Positions 42,575 through 55,803 of a stretch of 64,000 bases of DNA are shown here, piece by piece. Positions within the stretch are counted from its first letter, which is position 1. Each line of letters begins with the position of its first letter. This DNA is from Octopus vulgaris (Eukaryota). A program made the translations under genes and the position numbers. The notes beneath the pieces were generated by a model that did no database searches, was not told where the DNA came from, and worked only from the letters and a program-made list of their open reading frames with translations. Location: the NCBI GenBank assembly GCA_951406725.2, contig OX597817.1:67270001-67334000 (forward strand). Direction: 5' to 3'.

Positions 42575-42849
42575 AGTCCGTAGTAACCGTGGATATCAGG
42601 TTGATCATCTTCATGGATTCATTTCTTCAAGCGATATAACAATAATGGATGTACATCAGATGGATGTTTATCATTTTTTACCAGTATGAAGGTTAAGCGA
42701 ATTATGAAGGCTAAGCTACATAATTCGCTTAAGCTTCATACTGGTAAAAGGGATAAACACCCCTCTGTTGTACATCCATTATTGTTATATCGCTTGAAGA
42801 AATGAATCCATGAAGATGATCAACCCGATACCCACAGATACTACGGACT
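42575..42849. repeat. Long inverted repeat with about 131-bp arms and a 12-nt loop
   Basis: 42575-42706 pairs with 42719-42849, including a long perfect central stretch. Confidence 0.95.
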
Positions 42850-42970
42850 ACACTGTTATCATCCTAGGAATACTGACTCTTACCTTAAGAGACATGTGGT
42901 CTGAGGAACGCGCGTAGCAATGCATTAAAGGTTTTTAAGTTTCATCCAAGTATTATTATTATTATTATTA

Positions 42971-43002
<32 letters not shown>

Positions 43003-43190
43003 TTATGAAAACTCACAGCTTATTTTGCTGAGTATGATAGAAAGTGTCTGCTGTCTGCAACCAGCAGGTGAAACTGGGTATCACGTCTACTCTCTTCATT
43101 GACCACAACCTCTGATTTCTCACTTCAAATCGCCACAGTTGTTTATCGTATTTCCCACTTCAAATCGTCGAGCCATGCGCCTTGTCTAAA

Positions 43191-43214
43191 TTATTATTAT
43201 TATCATTATTATCA

Positions 43215-43296
<82 letters not shown>

Positions 43297-43327
43297 CATT
43301 ATTATTATCATTATTATTATTATTATT

Positions 43328-43386
<59 letters not shown>

Positions 43387-43410
43387 TATCATCCCCATCA
43401 TCATCATTAT

Positions 43411-43411
<1 letters not shown>
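43191..43411. repeat. (TTA)n(TCA)n trinucleotide tract
   Basis: Directly visible. Confidence 0.98.
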
Positions 43412-43450
<39 letters not shown>

Positions 43451-43462
43451 TGTGTGCGTGTA

Positions 43463-43793
43463 TGAAGGCGCATGGCTCAATGTTTAGAGCGTCGGGATGA
43501 GATAGTGAGTCCGATTCTCAGACTGGGCTCTGTGATGTGTTCTTGAGCAAGACACTTTATTTCACGTTGCTCCAGTTCACTCAGCTGTGGAAATGAGTTG
43601 CGACGCCACTGATGCCAAGCTGTATTGGGCTTTGTCTTTCTCTTGGCTAACACCAATGGCACGGAGAGTGGCGACTGGTATGCATGGGCGACTGATGGTC
43701 TTCCATAAACAACTTTGCCCAGACTTGGGCTTTGGAGAGAACTTTATAGGTGTATCCCCTAATCATTCATACCCGAAGGAAATCTTTCCTCTT

Positions 43794-43795
<2 letters not shown>
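43463..43795 (+). mobile_element. tRNA-derived SINE with a family C-like head
   Basis: GGCGCATGGCTCAATGTTTAGAGC head. TTGAGCAA..CACTTT..ACGTTGCTCCAGTTCACTCAGCTG is shared with 35452-35497. Confidence 0.65.
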
Positions 43796-43857
<62 letters not shown>

Positions 43858-43858
<1 letters not shown>

Positions 43859-44250
43859 TCTCATTTCTTCTATTCTTTTACTTTTTCAGTCATTTGGCTG
43901 CAGCCATGCTAGAGCACCACCTTTAGTCGAACAAATCGACCCCAGGACTTATTCTTTGTAAGCCTGGTACTTATTCTATCGGTCTCTTTTGCCGAACCGC
44001 TAAGATAGAGAGACGTAAACACACCAACATCAGTTGTCAAGCGATGTTGGGGGGACAAACACAGACACACACACACAAATATATATATATATACGGCGGG
44101 CTTCTTTCAGTTTCCGTCTACCAAATCCAGTCACATGCCTCCATTTTATCTTTTACCTCGCAACCTAGTACTTTCAGTTGCCAAGATGCCACGCAGTGGG
44201 AGTGAACACGGAACCATGTAATTGGGAAGCAAGCTTCTTACCACACAGCC
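43858..44250 (-). mobile_element. SINE family A, near full length, with a foreign internal patch
   Basis: Reverse-complement homology to 3447-3862 except at about 44134-44184. Confidence 0.88.
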
Positions 44251-44866
44251 ATATAATTTCATGCATTTAGCAACCTGCAGAGCCGTCTCGCCTCCTAACT
44301 TGCAATAAAGCTTGCTGAGGTTTTATTGGAAAGTTTCTATCAACTTCGCTGGATTCTCCTACATCAAACCTCAGTGAAGATAGCTCCGTAAGTAGCACTC
44401 ATCGAGAAAGCTTCCAGCCGTTTTGATTCCGGCTCCTCAGAGTACATACTCAACAAACCTTCCCCATGCCTCCATTTTCTCCTTTACCTCGTAACCTAAT
44501 ACTTTCAGTTGCCAACTTTGAAAACCCGTCTTCTGCTCAAGAGTCGAGTGGACTTGAGCTGAAGCGGGATACGAAGAATTAAGCTTGGAGAACAAAGACT
44601 ACACAACAGTGGAAGGTCAAAGAGAGAAGACAGCGCGAGTGTAGGATATCAATTGAACTATGCTGGTGTGTGACTCGCCATGTCTGGGAAAAAAGGGATG
44701 ACTATAGCTGGAATGTCTTTGATCATAGGCCTACTTGAACAAGACTGACATGGAGCTAAACTTAAACAACAGCAGCAGTAACATCATCATCATCATCACC
44801 ACCACCACCATCATCACCCTCACCACCACCACCACCACCACCACTACCACCACCACCACCACCACC

Positions 44867-44900
<34 letters not shown>

Positions 44901-46197
44901 TCATCAGTAGCAGCAGCATCATTATCATCATCATCAGCAGCAGCCGTTCAAGAATTTGGATCTGGGGATCTCCATTTCCAGCGACTTCGAGGGCCAGCCA
45001 CCTCCCAGTGGTGTCGGGCGTCAACGAAGAGCCCTCGACTACAAGACGACCAAAGTTTTTTTTTCCAAGGTCTGGGGTCTCCCACCCTTAAACCCTAGAC
45101 CATCACCTAATCACCCTTACCCGTCTTGTTGCTTAACAACAACAACAACAACAACAACAGCAGCAGCAACAGCAGCAGTGACTACAACAACAACAACAAC
45201 AACTGCCACTAATTTTAATATCAACGGCAGACAGGTATTTGTTTGCTATTACTACTGAATAAACTAAAAGCTGTTGGAATTTGCATTAAGGGTTAATTTA
45301 AAACCTGACGAATGACTACTGCGATAATCGCAGCGGCGGTGTTGATGAAAGACAGATTTCTGTTATTTAAAAACAGTACCATTGACTTACAAATTGCGTC
45401 AATTATTTGCATATTGTGTCACATATTATTGACACATACTGTTATATTGTAGGTTAGTCCTTACAGAAACACTTCATTACACAGTAACTGAAACGTTTAC
45501 ATACACTCTTATGTATTTGCACAGTGAATTAGTAATTGACGTAACATTTCTATTTATTTACATATACGCACATTCATTTTCATGCAATATCAAGAATTTG
45601 CATACAAATAATACCCACATGCTTGAAATGTTATTCATGTAGTTTTTTGTTGTTGTTGTTGTTTCAACATAAATTCGTTAAAAAGAACTTTACTTTACGA
45701 AGCTTAATTTCAAGAAAAGCAGTTGTTCAGAATATGCCATGTGCTACTCCAAACATACCGTTTTTGTTGCTGAGTCAGAACTAATAGTACTATTAATTAA
45801 TAATGATATCTCTCATTGATATAACGGAAGAATTGCTTGAAGAAGTATATAAATCGACTTCAGTATATACTCGGATGTATATAAATCGAATTCGGAAAGA
45901 TTAAAGGCTAAATCAATTCCGGTGAGATTTTACAATTTTAAGTAAAAGATGAAAGCATTAACAAAGTATAGCAAAGCATTTAGTTCGGTGCTCCACCTAC
46001 AAAAAGTGGTGGTAAGATGTCCATTGATTGACTACGTAGACTCAGTTGTTCGATCAACTAAATTATCTGCTCTTGAATCAACGTATAAAGTAGCCGAGCA
46101 TTCCACAAACATATGTACGCTTACCATAATTCTCAGACAGAATCAATCCTGAGAATATAGAAAATTATATATATGTTCGAGATATCAGGCGTACCCG

Positions 46198-46545
46198 AGT
46201 AGTTGCTTGCCAACCACGTAGTTGGGGTAGGGGTGTAGGTACCATTGCATAGCATCTTGGGCAAGTGTTCTTTACTCTAACCTCGGGTTGACCAAATCCT
46301 TGCGAGTGGATCTGGTAGAAGTCTGTCGTGTGTGTGTGTGTCTTTGAATGTCCCCCAGTGCCACTTGGAAACCGGTGTTGATGCAATGACGGCCCCATAA
46401 CTTAGCGAATCAGCAAAACTGACCGATAGAATAAGTACAAGGCTTGAAAAAAAGTACCAGGGTTGATTCCTTCTACCAAAAATCCCTCATGGCGGTGTCC
46501 CGGTATGGCTGCAGTCTAATAATTGAAACAAATAAAGATAAAAGA
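46198..46545 (+). mobile_element. SINE family A copy (decayed)
   Basis: Homology to 3447-3862. Confidence 0.78.
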
Positions 46546-47400
46546 TTGTCACGCAACGGATCGAACTCGCAACCTCATGATTGCTAAGTGAACTTCTTAA
46601 TCGGCCATTCAGCACCTACAAATAATTGTTTCAGATTTTGGCACAAAGCCAGCAATTTTTTAAAGAGGGCAGGCTTAGTCGACTGCATTGGCTCCAATAC
46701 TCAACTGGTACTTATTTCATCAACTACAAAAAGATTAAAGACAAAGATGACCTCGGTAAGATCTGAACCCTGAACGTAAAAGACCGGAAGAAATACTGCC
46801 AAGCATTTCCTCCGATGCTCTAACGATTCCACCAAACCGTTCCCTTTTCCTGACCTACAATCCCTTGTACGCAGTGAGGAGAATACAACATTAGCTAAGA
46901 ACTAAAATAAATTTAATCATCCCGACAAGTACAGGAGACAACTCCTGACATGTTTCAGTTTTATTAGACTGCTTTAGTAATATTCTGTATTTAGTGCCAT
47001 CATTCTCTTAATGCCTTTCACATTCATAAGCTGAGCCACTCTGCTGGCAACCTTTTCCCGTCTGATAAGGGCAAAATACTTAATCTTTCTGCTGTTTTCC
47101 CACCTATACTACATTCGAAATATTTTTGTTTATAAAATACCAAACATATTCAATGTTTCCCAAGTTTGTTTATAAAATGTTGTCGCATTCCAAAAGCTAT
47201 TATTTAGCTTCAAAATTTACGGTAACTGTTGTCAGCGGGTCGTTTAGCTTTCAGGTAGAGTACTCAACCGATATTTGATGGGTACGGATTCAGCTCTCGT
47301 AGCCGTTTGCTGGCAAATTTTTCCGTCTTATAAGGGTAAGATACCAATCTCGCAGCCGTTTTTACAGCTATACTACTTCCGAAATTTACTTCCTTGTCTG

Positions 47401-47511
<111 letters not shown>

Positions 47512-48402
47512 ATACACACACACAAGAGTAGAAGCACTGCTACACATTAACATTTTAATGAACTCAGTCATTTCATATTGTTATATATATTCTTGAAGCA
47601 AACTGGCCCAAATATAAAAGGAGTCAATTAATTTATACATATGCAGAGTCAGTCAAATATGAAATAGTTGTTCACTTTAGATATACACCATACCTGTTAA
47701 TATATTATCGCTCTATTAAATAATGTTTTTCTATTATATACCAGCTCTCATTTCAATACATTACAATCGCTTTCATTGTATTTCTACATGCATCACTCGT
47801 TTATATTGGCTCGCAATAATTTGAAAGCCATTTAGACATTTACAAACAAATGCAATTATGATTATATTTACAATCATGTAAGATATTGATTTTCAACAAT
47901 TTTCTCAATTTATTACAAATCGAAAGAAACGAAAGGAAACAACAGAACAGAGGGTTACATTTGTTATGAACTAGTTTTGAGAGAATTGTTTTGGTCGCGT
48001 CTAGAGTATATTTTTATTGCTTTGCTGGTTAGAGAGGGGAAGAGCCCATGAAGAGAAGAGGTTATTCTCAAATCAGGGAACTGGCCCGAATGTTTAGAAG
48101 AGTGAACTCTAATAAAAGAAATTCAGGAATCAGGTAGTGGTGTTAAATGGCGGACGGACAAAGCTTGTCATCTAAAAAAGCTATGTCGGGATTTGAGTGT
48201 AAAGAGCAAAAAAAAAAGAAGCCTGAAATAAATACAAGCATCTTGTCTGACGCTTTAACAACTCCGTCAGTCCAAAGACAATCGTGACAGGTAGTCCATT
48301 AATCGATTCCAAAAGGATAAAAGGTAGAAGTGACCTCGGTGGGAATTGAATTCAGAACACAAGGAGCCCGAATAAATACGAGAGATACATCGTTCTATAA
48401 AT

Positions 48403-48963
48403 CATCGGTCCCATAATTTTTTTTGTTTTGGCACCACAGAACGCTTTCTGGAATCATATGCATAACTAAATACAATAAAGTACATAATATGTAATTCGAT
48501 AATTACATTTATAATTAAAGCGGTAAGCTGGCAGAAACGTTAGCACGCCGGGCGAAATGCAGTTACGTTCTGAGTTCATATTCTGCCGAGGTCGACTTTG
48601 CCTTTCATCCTTTCGGGGTCGATAAATTAAGTACCAGTTACGCACTGGGGTCGATGTAATCGACTGAATCCCTTTGTCTGTCCTTGTTTGTCTCCTCTAT
48701 GTTTAGCCCCTTGTGGGTAATAAAGAAATAAGAACTTACGGGTTCGATAAAACAAGTACCAGTTGAATACTGAGGTCTATGTAATCAACTCCCCACCCTG
48801 CGAATTTTCTAGCCATTGTTCCAAAATTTGAAACTAATATTACATATATATATATAATACAAAAACATTCTGCAGACTGCAATATAATAGCTATAAAATT
48901 TTAAAATTTATTCAATCCGTGCAGCCAAGTACTATTCCGCGGTTTGGTGGCTGAGAACCCCTG
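48403..48963. mobile_element. hAT/Charlie-type MITE with nested SINE B
   Basis: Ends CATCGGTCCCA.. and ..TGAGAACCCCTG resemble Charlie/MER1-type TIRs. The 8-bp flanks CTATAAAT and CTATAGAC match at 6 of 8 positions. Confidence 0.5.
48519..48730 (+). mobile_element. SINE family B, variant with a Tx1-like tail
   Basis: tRNA-like head AGCTGGCAGAAACGTTAGC..GAGTTCATATTC and tail TTTAGCCCCTTGTGGGTAATAAAGAAAT. Confidence 0.88.
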
Positions 48964-49544
48964 CTATAGACAGTTATACAAAAGGAAATTTGTCTGTGTG
49001 TCTCTGAGCTGCTCATCACTGAAGTAAAGCGTGCTAGGCACCGGTAAAACAGTTCATATTGTTTAGTGCCTGGTCATCTCTAATCCAGTACATTTACAAT
49101 TAAACAGGCCTTTCAGATGTGACCATCCCAATTTTCTTAAAGCAGTGTTCACTGGACATACTGTGTGATTTGAGCAGATCTGACTGTTTTTTTGGGTTTT
49201 TTTCTGCTAGTAGATCAAATGACTACGTAGAAATTCCCATATTGAGAATAGGAGGACGGTGAAAATAAAGTGGGAGTTATTATTCATCCTTTGTGCTATG
49301 TGGGGACTGACGTGTCAAAGAATAAACCCAACGTGTCCTCTGCATGTCGTAAAAGACATCTAGGAGCAGTTGAGAATTTGCACTCTGATCTTGTAAAACC
49401 CTCACCAGCAACAACTACCGAAAACAGACACATGGATTGAAAGGTTATCGCCTCAGTGGTGCAAAGGCGTCTCCCCCCCACCCAAGAGTAAGGAATCTAA
49501 CATATGATGTATGCAGCGAAGCGCTGTTGCAACGCACGCACCCA

Positions 49545-49579
<35 letters not shown>

Positions 49580-49831
49580 TTACTACTACTACATCCTTGT
49601 CACGACTTCCTTAACTTACCCCACCCTCTTAATCCACTCCTTTCTTTGAATAAATTTCTCATTTTTGCATGACCATTCAACTTTGACGCATACGTCACTT
49701 TTGACGGCAAGGTGTGAACGAACGACACGTGCCATTTCAATACAGGCATATATTCGTGCATCCATACTTATGTATGTACGTGTGTATGTATGTATTAAGT
49801 ATATGCATACTTACATCTTTCTCTCTCTTTC

Positions 49832-49945
<114 letters not shown>

Positions 49946-50238
49946 CATTAAAGCATACATACACACATACACAAACGTATGCGATTTGATATTTTAAATG
50001 TTAGATGCCAGCCTTTCATATTCATAATCGCCTTCACTAATTACATACATCATATGATGATGCAGTGAAGCGAAATAAGCTGTTAGATCAAGCGTGAAAT
50101 GCAATCCATTTTCTTAAATCTGATTGTTCTGTGGTGATATATTCCGTGTTGTTAAGATAGTTCGTTATGCTTCAACATAAACAATTAATAATTTAGTTTC
50201 CTTTTGATTCCAGAATGTATGCATACGTATTTGTGTAA

Positions 50239-50289
<51 letters not shown>

Positions 50290-50579
50290 GGCGTAGTCAA
50301 TTTGTAGTATACAGGAAAGTATATGTGTTTATGTGTGTGAGTGCGCGTGTGTGTCTGAGTGTGAGTGTGTGTTTGTGTGTGTATGCATATTCATTATACA
50401 TACATATATACACACATACACACGTATGCGCACACGGACACACTGATTAATTTTAAACGGTTACAAGCTTACAATACACACAGGTAGATAAAAAGATAGG
50501 TAAACAGATTGCATGTTTTATATAAATTACATAAGTCATTCTTTGCGTATGCTCGTGCAGCGTGCACTGGCATATTCAT

Positions 50580-50610
<31 letters not shown>

Positions 50611-50903
50611 TACATACATACATACATACATACATACATACATACATACATACATACATACATGCAAACATATACCCCTGTGATTCGAATATTTTTTGAG
50701 AAAGATTACTGTATATACTAGTCTATTAGTATTAATAAAATCATAATTCAGCAACAGGGTTTAGAGTCTTAACTTTAAAATATTATTAGTCGTTATTTAA
50801 TAGATGCGAATTCTTTAATCTTTATAATTCGTACTTAAACTGCAATAAGAAGTTAAACTGCAATAAGAAGTTAAAAGAAAATTGGCAGAAGCGACTTTAT
50901 ATT

Positions 50904-51319
50904 TAATTCTTTATTGCTCACAAGGGGCTAAACATAGAGAGGACAAACAAGGACAGACACACGTATTAAGTCGATTATATCGACTCCAGTGCGTAACTGG
51001 TACTTATTTAATCGACCCCGAAAGGATGAAAGGCAAAGTCGACCTCGGCTGAATTTGAACTCAGAACGTAGCGGTAGATGAAATACCTATTTCTTTACTA
51101 CCCACAAGGGACTAAACACAGAGAGGACAAACAAGGACAGGCAAAGGATTAAGTCGGTTACTTCGACCCTAGTGTGCAACTGGTACTTAATTTATCAACC
51201 CCGAAAGGATGAAAGGTAAAGTCGCCCTCGGCGGAATATGAGCTCAGAACGTAACGGCAAACGAAATACGGCTACGCATTTCGCCCGGCGTGCTAACGTT
51301 TCTGCCAGCTTGCCGTCTT
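50904..51319 (-). mobile_element. Dimeric SINE B (Tx1-tail variant) with 18-bp TSD
   Basis: Units at 51088-51319 and 50904-51087. Flanks are CAGAAGCGAC(T/C)TTATATT at 50886-50903 and 51320-51337. Confidence 0.92.
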
Positions 51320-51823
51320 CAGAAGCGACCTTATATTATCAGATTAAGTAAGGAAGCGGACAACAATATTTAATTAACTACTGAAGTTAATGCGCATCCG
51401 AAGTAATGTTGAACCCACTTATTGTCAGTATAACCATAATGACAAGAAAAGTAATATGGGAGTAAGAGAGAGAAGTCCCGAAGTTTCTGTTGACCAAGAG
51501 ATAAAAAAGGTGCAGGCCTGGTTGTGTAGTAAGAAGTTTGCTTCTTAACCATATGGTTCCGATTTCAGCCTACTGCATGGCACCCTGGGCAACTGTCTTC
51601 TATGGCCGCAAATCGACCAAAGTCATGTGGAAATATATCTGGTAAACGAGAACTGACAGAAACTTGTCGTATATATATATATACAGATATATATGTATGA
51701 ATATTGAAAGGAAGATTGAACAAACAAAAAATTTGGTATCACTTTAGAGCATGTAATTTATGATTCAAATATAATTTCGTAGTTGTCAGAGTAAATAAGA
51801 GATTAAGAAGTTATGCATAAAGT

Positions 51824-51903
51824 CTCTTCAGCTGTTTCTAGAATAGCTGTGTATATGGTGCATATTTCATTGAGCAAAGATTATTTCTTCTTTCTTCAGA
51901 GAG
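51824..51903 (-). ncRNA. Degenerate type-I hammerhead motif
   Basis: CUCU-CUGAAGA-AAGAA...UUCUA-GAAA-CAGCUG-A-AGAG. The core is intact but the U of the cleavage triplet is missing. A related 3' half lies at 19606-19632. Confidence 0.55.
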
Positions 51904-53198
51904 TAAGAATTAAGGAATATCCTTCATAAAGGATATTAATAGTTACCAGTTCAATCGTCAAAGAGAGCGTGAGGTAGATTATTAGAGAAAGGCTTGTGAG
52001 AAATACAAGACATTATAAAAGAAAATTGGAGTCATGAATGTATGACAGTAGATAACTGGTGTAGTGAATGCATATATAACTTAAGAGTTAGAGAGACACA
52101 TACTCTCTGTAGGAAGTAGACCACATGTATAATAGCAAGAACCCAATTATTGTGGCAATGTTCAGTATCGGTTAAAGTTATCAGGCAGCAAAAGGCAGTG
52201 AGGTAGTGTTTGAAAGTTGTAAACAAGAGATTCATTTTATTTTCTGTGGATATCTATGTTTGTTTGAGTGTCGTTGTGTTTGCATGTGTCACACCACTAC
52301 TGCTTGGCAACAGGTATTAGTTCGTTTAATTTCCTGTAACTTAGCGGTTCCCTCCTACCAAATTTACTCACAAGGCATTGGCCTGTCCGAAGATATAGTA
52401 AAAAAAAAATACTTGTTCAAGGTGCCGTGCAGTGGGACTGAACTAGAAACCAAGTGGTTGCAAAGTGAGCTTCTTAACCATATAGACATGTTTGCATCTT
52501 TTCTTAACCACCCAGCCACACCTGCACCTCTTTAAGGAAAATGTTAGCGTTAATAAGCAGTATATAAGACTTCGCATATACTAATTAACTGGCATCTACC
52601 AAAGAACAGACTTACTTTCCACTGAAAATCTTTAAATCATTTTTAATCAGCTTATATATCGGAGTTCTCTTTCTTGCTGTCCTTGACAGAAATGATCATT
52701 AGCGCTAATGAATTTTTTTTTTCTTTTGATTGGGCACAAAATTTCAATTAATTAAACATTCTGTTTGATTCACTACATTAAATATGTCAGACTCTATTTA
52801 ACTATGTTCTTGATGCAGAAGACATCCTTGGGCAATTTTTACCGTGTCATTAAGATGATCAGAAATCTAACTCTACCATTCCCTTTTATCATAACATTCA
52901 TTGTCCGGCGTTTTTGCATTGGTCTTGGTATTTTGCGCCAAATGACTAACAAGAGATTATGAATCACTGAGCGGAACATCACACATCACTAACCATTGGC
53001 ATTAAATGTCAATGGAACAAAGTCTACTATTACAATTCTATACTGGCATACTGCTTTCTTTTGTTCGTGATTTCGTTGTTGTATTTACTTCCTTTGCGAT
53101 GTTACAATGGAATGAAACGTGTATTCTTACAATAAGGTCAACTGACATTTCAAGACGTTACCTTTAACTCCATGCATGGTCTTTAAATGCGCATTCGC

Positions 53199-53272
<74 letters not shown>

Positions 53273-53284
53273 TCCATGCATGGT

Positions 53285-53355
<71 letters not shown>

Positions 53356-53488
53356 AGGCTTGTGTGTGTGTTTCTTTGAGTGTGTATGGAAATATTCTAT
53401 TCTCAAACGCGTAATAATAACGCTGAATAGCATAAACAGGATAGAACATCCTTATATTGCAGAAAAAATTTGTTAGTGGCCAGCCATG

Positions 53489-53525
<37 letters not shown>

Positions 53526-54048
53526 ATACGTCTATAGTGGACAATTTGTCTGATATTGAAGCTATGGGAAAAGAATCTGTGCACCTATGTTATATTCACG
53601 TAATATGATATATTCACATATGTGAGTGCGAGCGTTTGTTAATGGGTATCACTGAGCAGTGAAAAAGCTCGCATCAAATCGTGAGTTCTTCGAGTTCGAT
53701 TCCACTATATGGTATCATGGATATGTATTATTTTTACTTGACCTGAGTTGGGTTGACCTAAGTCTAAGTCTTGTGAGTGAAATTAGATAGACGGAAACCA
53801 CTTGGAAGTCAGCCGGTTGAGCTGTAGGTATAATTAAACGGGCTATCCCAGGGGTACGGTTTATCGGGATTTCATGAATGGTATGAATGTCTGTGGATTA
53901 TTTAGCCTTGGCAATTATGATAAAGTGAGTAGGCAATTTAGTTGAGCAACCAACTGGAATACACATCGGAGAAACCCGACGGAAGATCCGTAGAATTTTA
54001 CTTTATGTACATGTATGCCCAGTATATGAACATATACAGACGCGTATG

Positions 54049-55305
54049 CAGGGTGCAAAGGCTAAGTTCTCGCCATTTTATATTTTTCATTTCGCATTGT
54101 TTGTTTTTGATTTGATTTTGTCGACTGCACAGTATAGTAGGGTCAGTTGGGCACCGTCTGTGAGAAAAAACAGCACCATGACGCAGTTCACTTCATTCTG
54201 CCACAAATTTTTGGAAACGACATGCTATATTGCTTGGCATTCGCGCCGGAAGCTCCAATATGAACATTTCAGAGTGTTTGGGTGTCAATCTGAAGACAAT
54301 ATAGCGGAAAGAGTTGGATGAGACTAATGGTGATTACGAAGGTACGGCAGCAAGCAAAACTCACTCTAATCATTCTGATAAGAAAAGAACTCCTGAATTT
54401 GTTGGTGAGATCCAGGCCATAATTGACAACGATCTCGCCAAGTCAGTCAGGTCCATCGCCAGTGACATGAGAGTGTCTATCAGGCAGGTAGTGCACGAAG
54501 ACTTTCGATATTCTTCATACAAGATGAGAAAGGGCCAATTTTTATCCCAAGCCATTACGGAAAAGAGGAATGACTGCGCTACGAAGCTTTTGAATAAATT
54601 CAAGCATACAATCCAGTCGAACATGCTTTGTTTTTTTCTCAGACGAGAAAAATTTCTGCTAGGATTAGATGGTAAACACAACCGTTGGCTTGTCGTGTCC
54701 CCAAAACATGTACCGAGAGTGATAAAAATCAAACATCCAGCCAACATCATGGTGTTTGGAGTGCTCACTAGTGATGGAAACGTTATGCTTCCATTCATCT
54801 TCCTACACGGACTCAGACTCAACACGGAGGCCTAGATCAAGTACCTGGAGGAAGTAGTGCTGCTCTGGGTCAAGAGGGTGGCTGCTGGAAGACCCTGTCT
54901 GGTAACAGGATTCTACATCATGCCAAACATGCAGGAGAACCGCGTCATAGCTGTTAGACAATTTCTGCGACCACCCCTAACAACTGGCCACCTAGCTCCC
55001 CACACTGCAACCCCTTGATTATTATGTGCAGAGCACAGTTAAGCGAGAGATCAATAAAACTCCTTGTAACACCAATGATAAGCTGAAGGCAAGGATTATG
55101 GCAACATTCATCAACTTAAACAAGGAAACCGTCCAGAAGATTTGCAGGAGATTCCAAAGTCGTCTTGAGGCCGTGGTTGAAGCCAATGGCGATTTTAATT
55201 CAAAATATTTTAATGTAATTTTCGTAAATATATCTACCAAAATGAGACGTCAGCGTTATTTTCCTTTTTGCGTAATTTAGACGACTGTTTATTCACCGCA
55301 CCCTG
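54049..55305 (+). mobile_element. Tc1/mariner superfamily transposon, DD37D (maT)-like, near full length, transposase pseudogenised
   Basis: Ends CAGGGTGC.. and ..GCACCCTG with TA on the right (TG on the left), about 1.26 kb. KHPANIMVFGV, QDST and WPPSSPHCNPL motifs carry stops and frameshifts. Confidence 0.9.
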
Positions 55306-55360
55306 TATATAGATATATTATGTGTGTGTGTGAATTTTATCTCTGTATCTATCTAAACAG

Positions 55361-55404
<44 letters not shown>

Positions 55405-55800
55405 GGTGTAGGCGTGACTGTGTGGCAAGTTGTTTTTTCGTGACCACATGGTTCTGAGTTCATCACTATTTGACCACAGATGTTGGTTCGTTTACGTCCC
55501 CGTAATGTGAGCCGTTCGGCAAAATTGAACGATTGAATAAGTACCAGACTTAAAAAATGAGTACTGGGGTCGACTTTTGCGACTGAAACCCTTCATTGCG
55601 GTCCTCCAGCATGGCCGCAGTTCAGTGACTGAAAGAAGCAAAAGCGGTGAACTGGCTGAATCGTTACCGCACTGGCAAAAATGCTTAGCGGCATTTCTTC
55701 AGCCTTTACGTTTTGAGTTCAAATTCCGCTGTAGTTGACTCTTCCTTTCATTTCGGGGTCAATAAAATAAGTACCAGCTGTACTCGACTTATCGACTTAT
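55405..55800 (+). mobile_element. Deleted SINE A copy followed by a SINE B copy
   Basis: Homology to 3447-3862 and to 48519-48660. Confidence 0.8.
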
Positions 55801-55803
55801 CTT

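Noticed and set aside
53167-53289. 19-bp repeat with CCATGCATGG palindrome on both sides of a TA tract
   Set aside because: Too short to assign; likely microsatellite-associated duplication.
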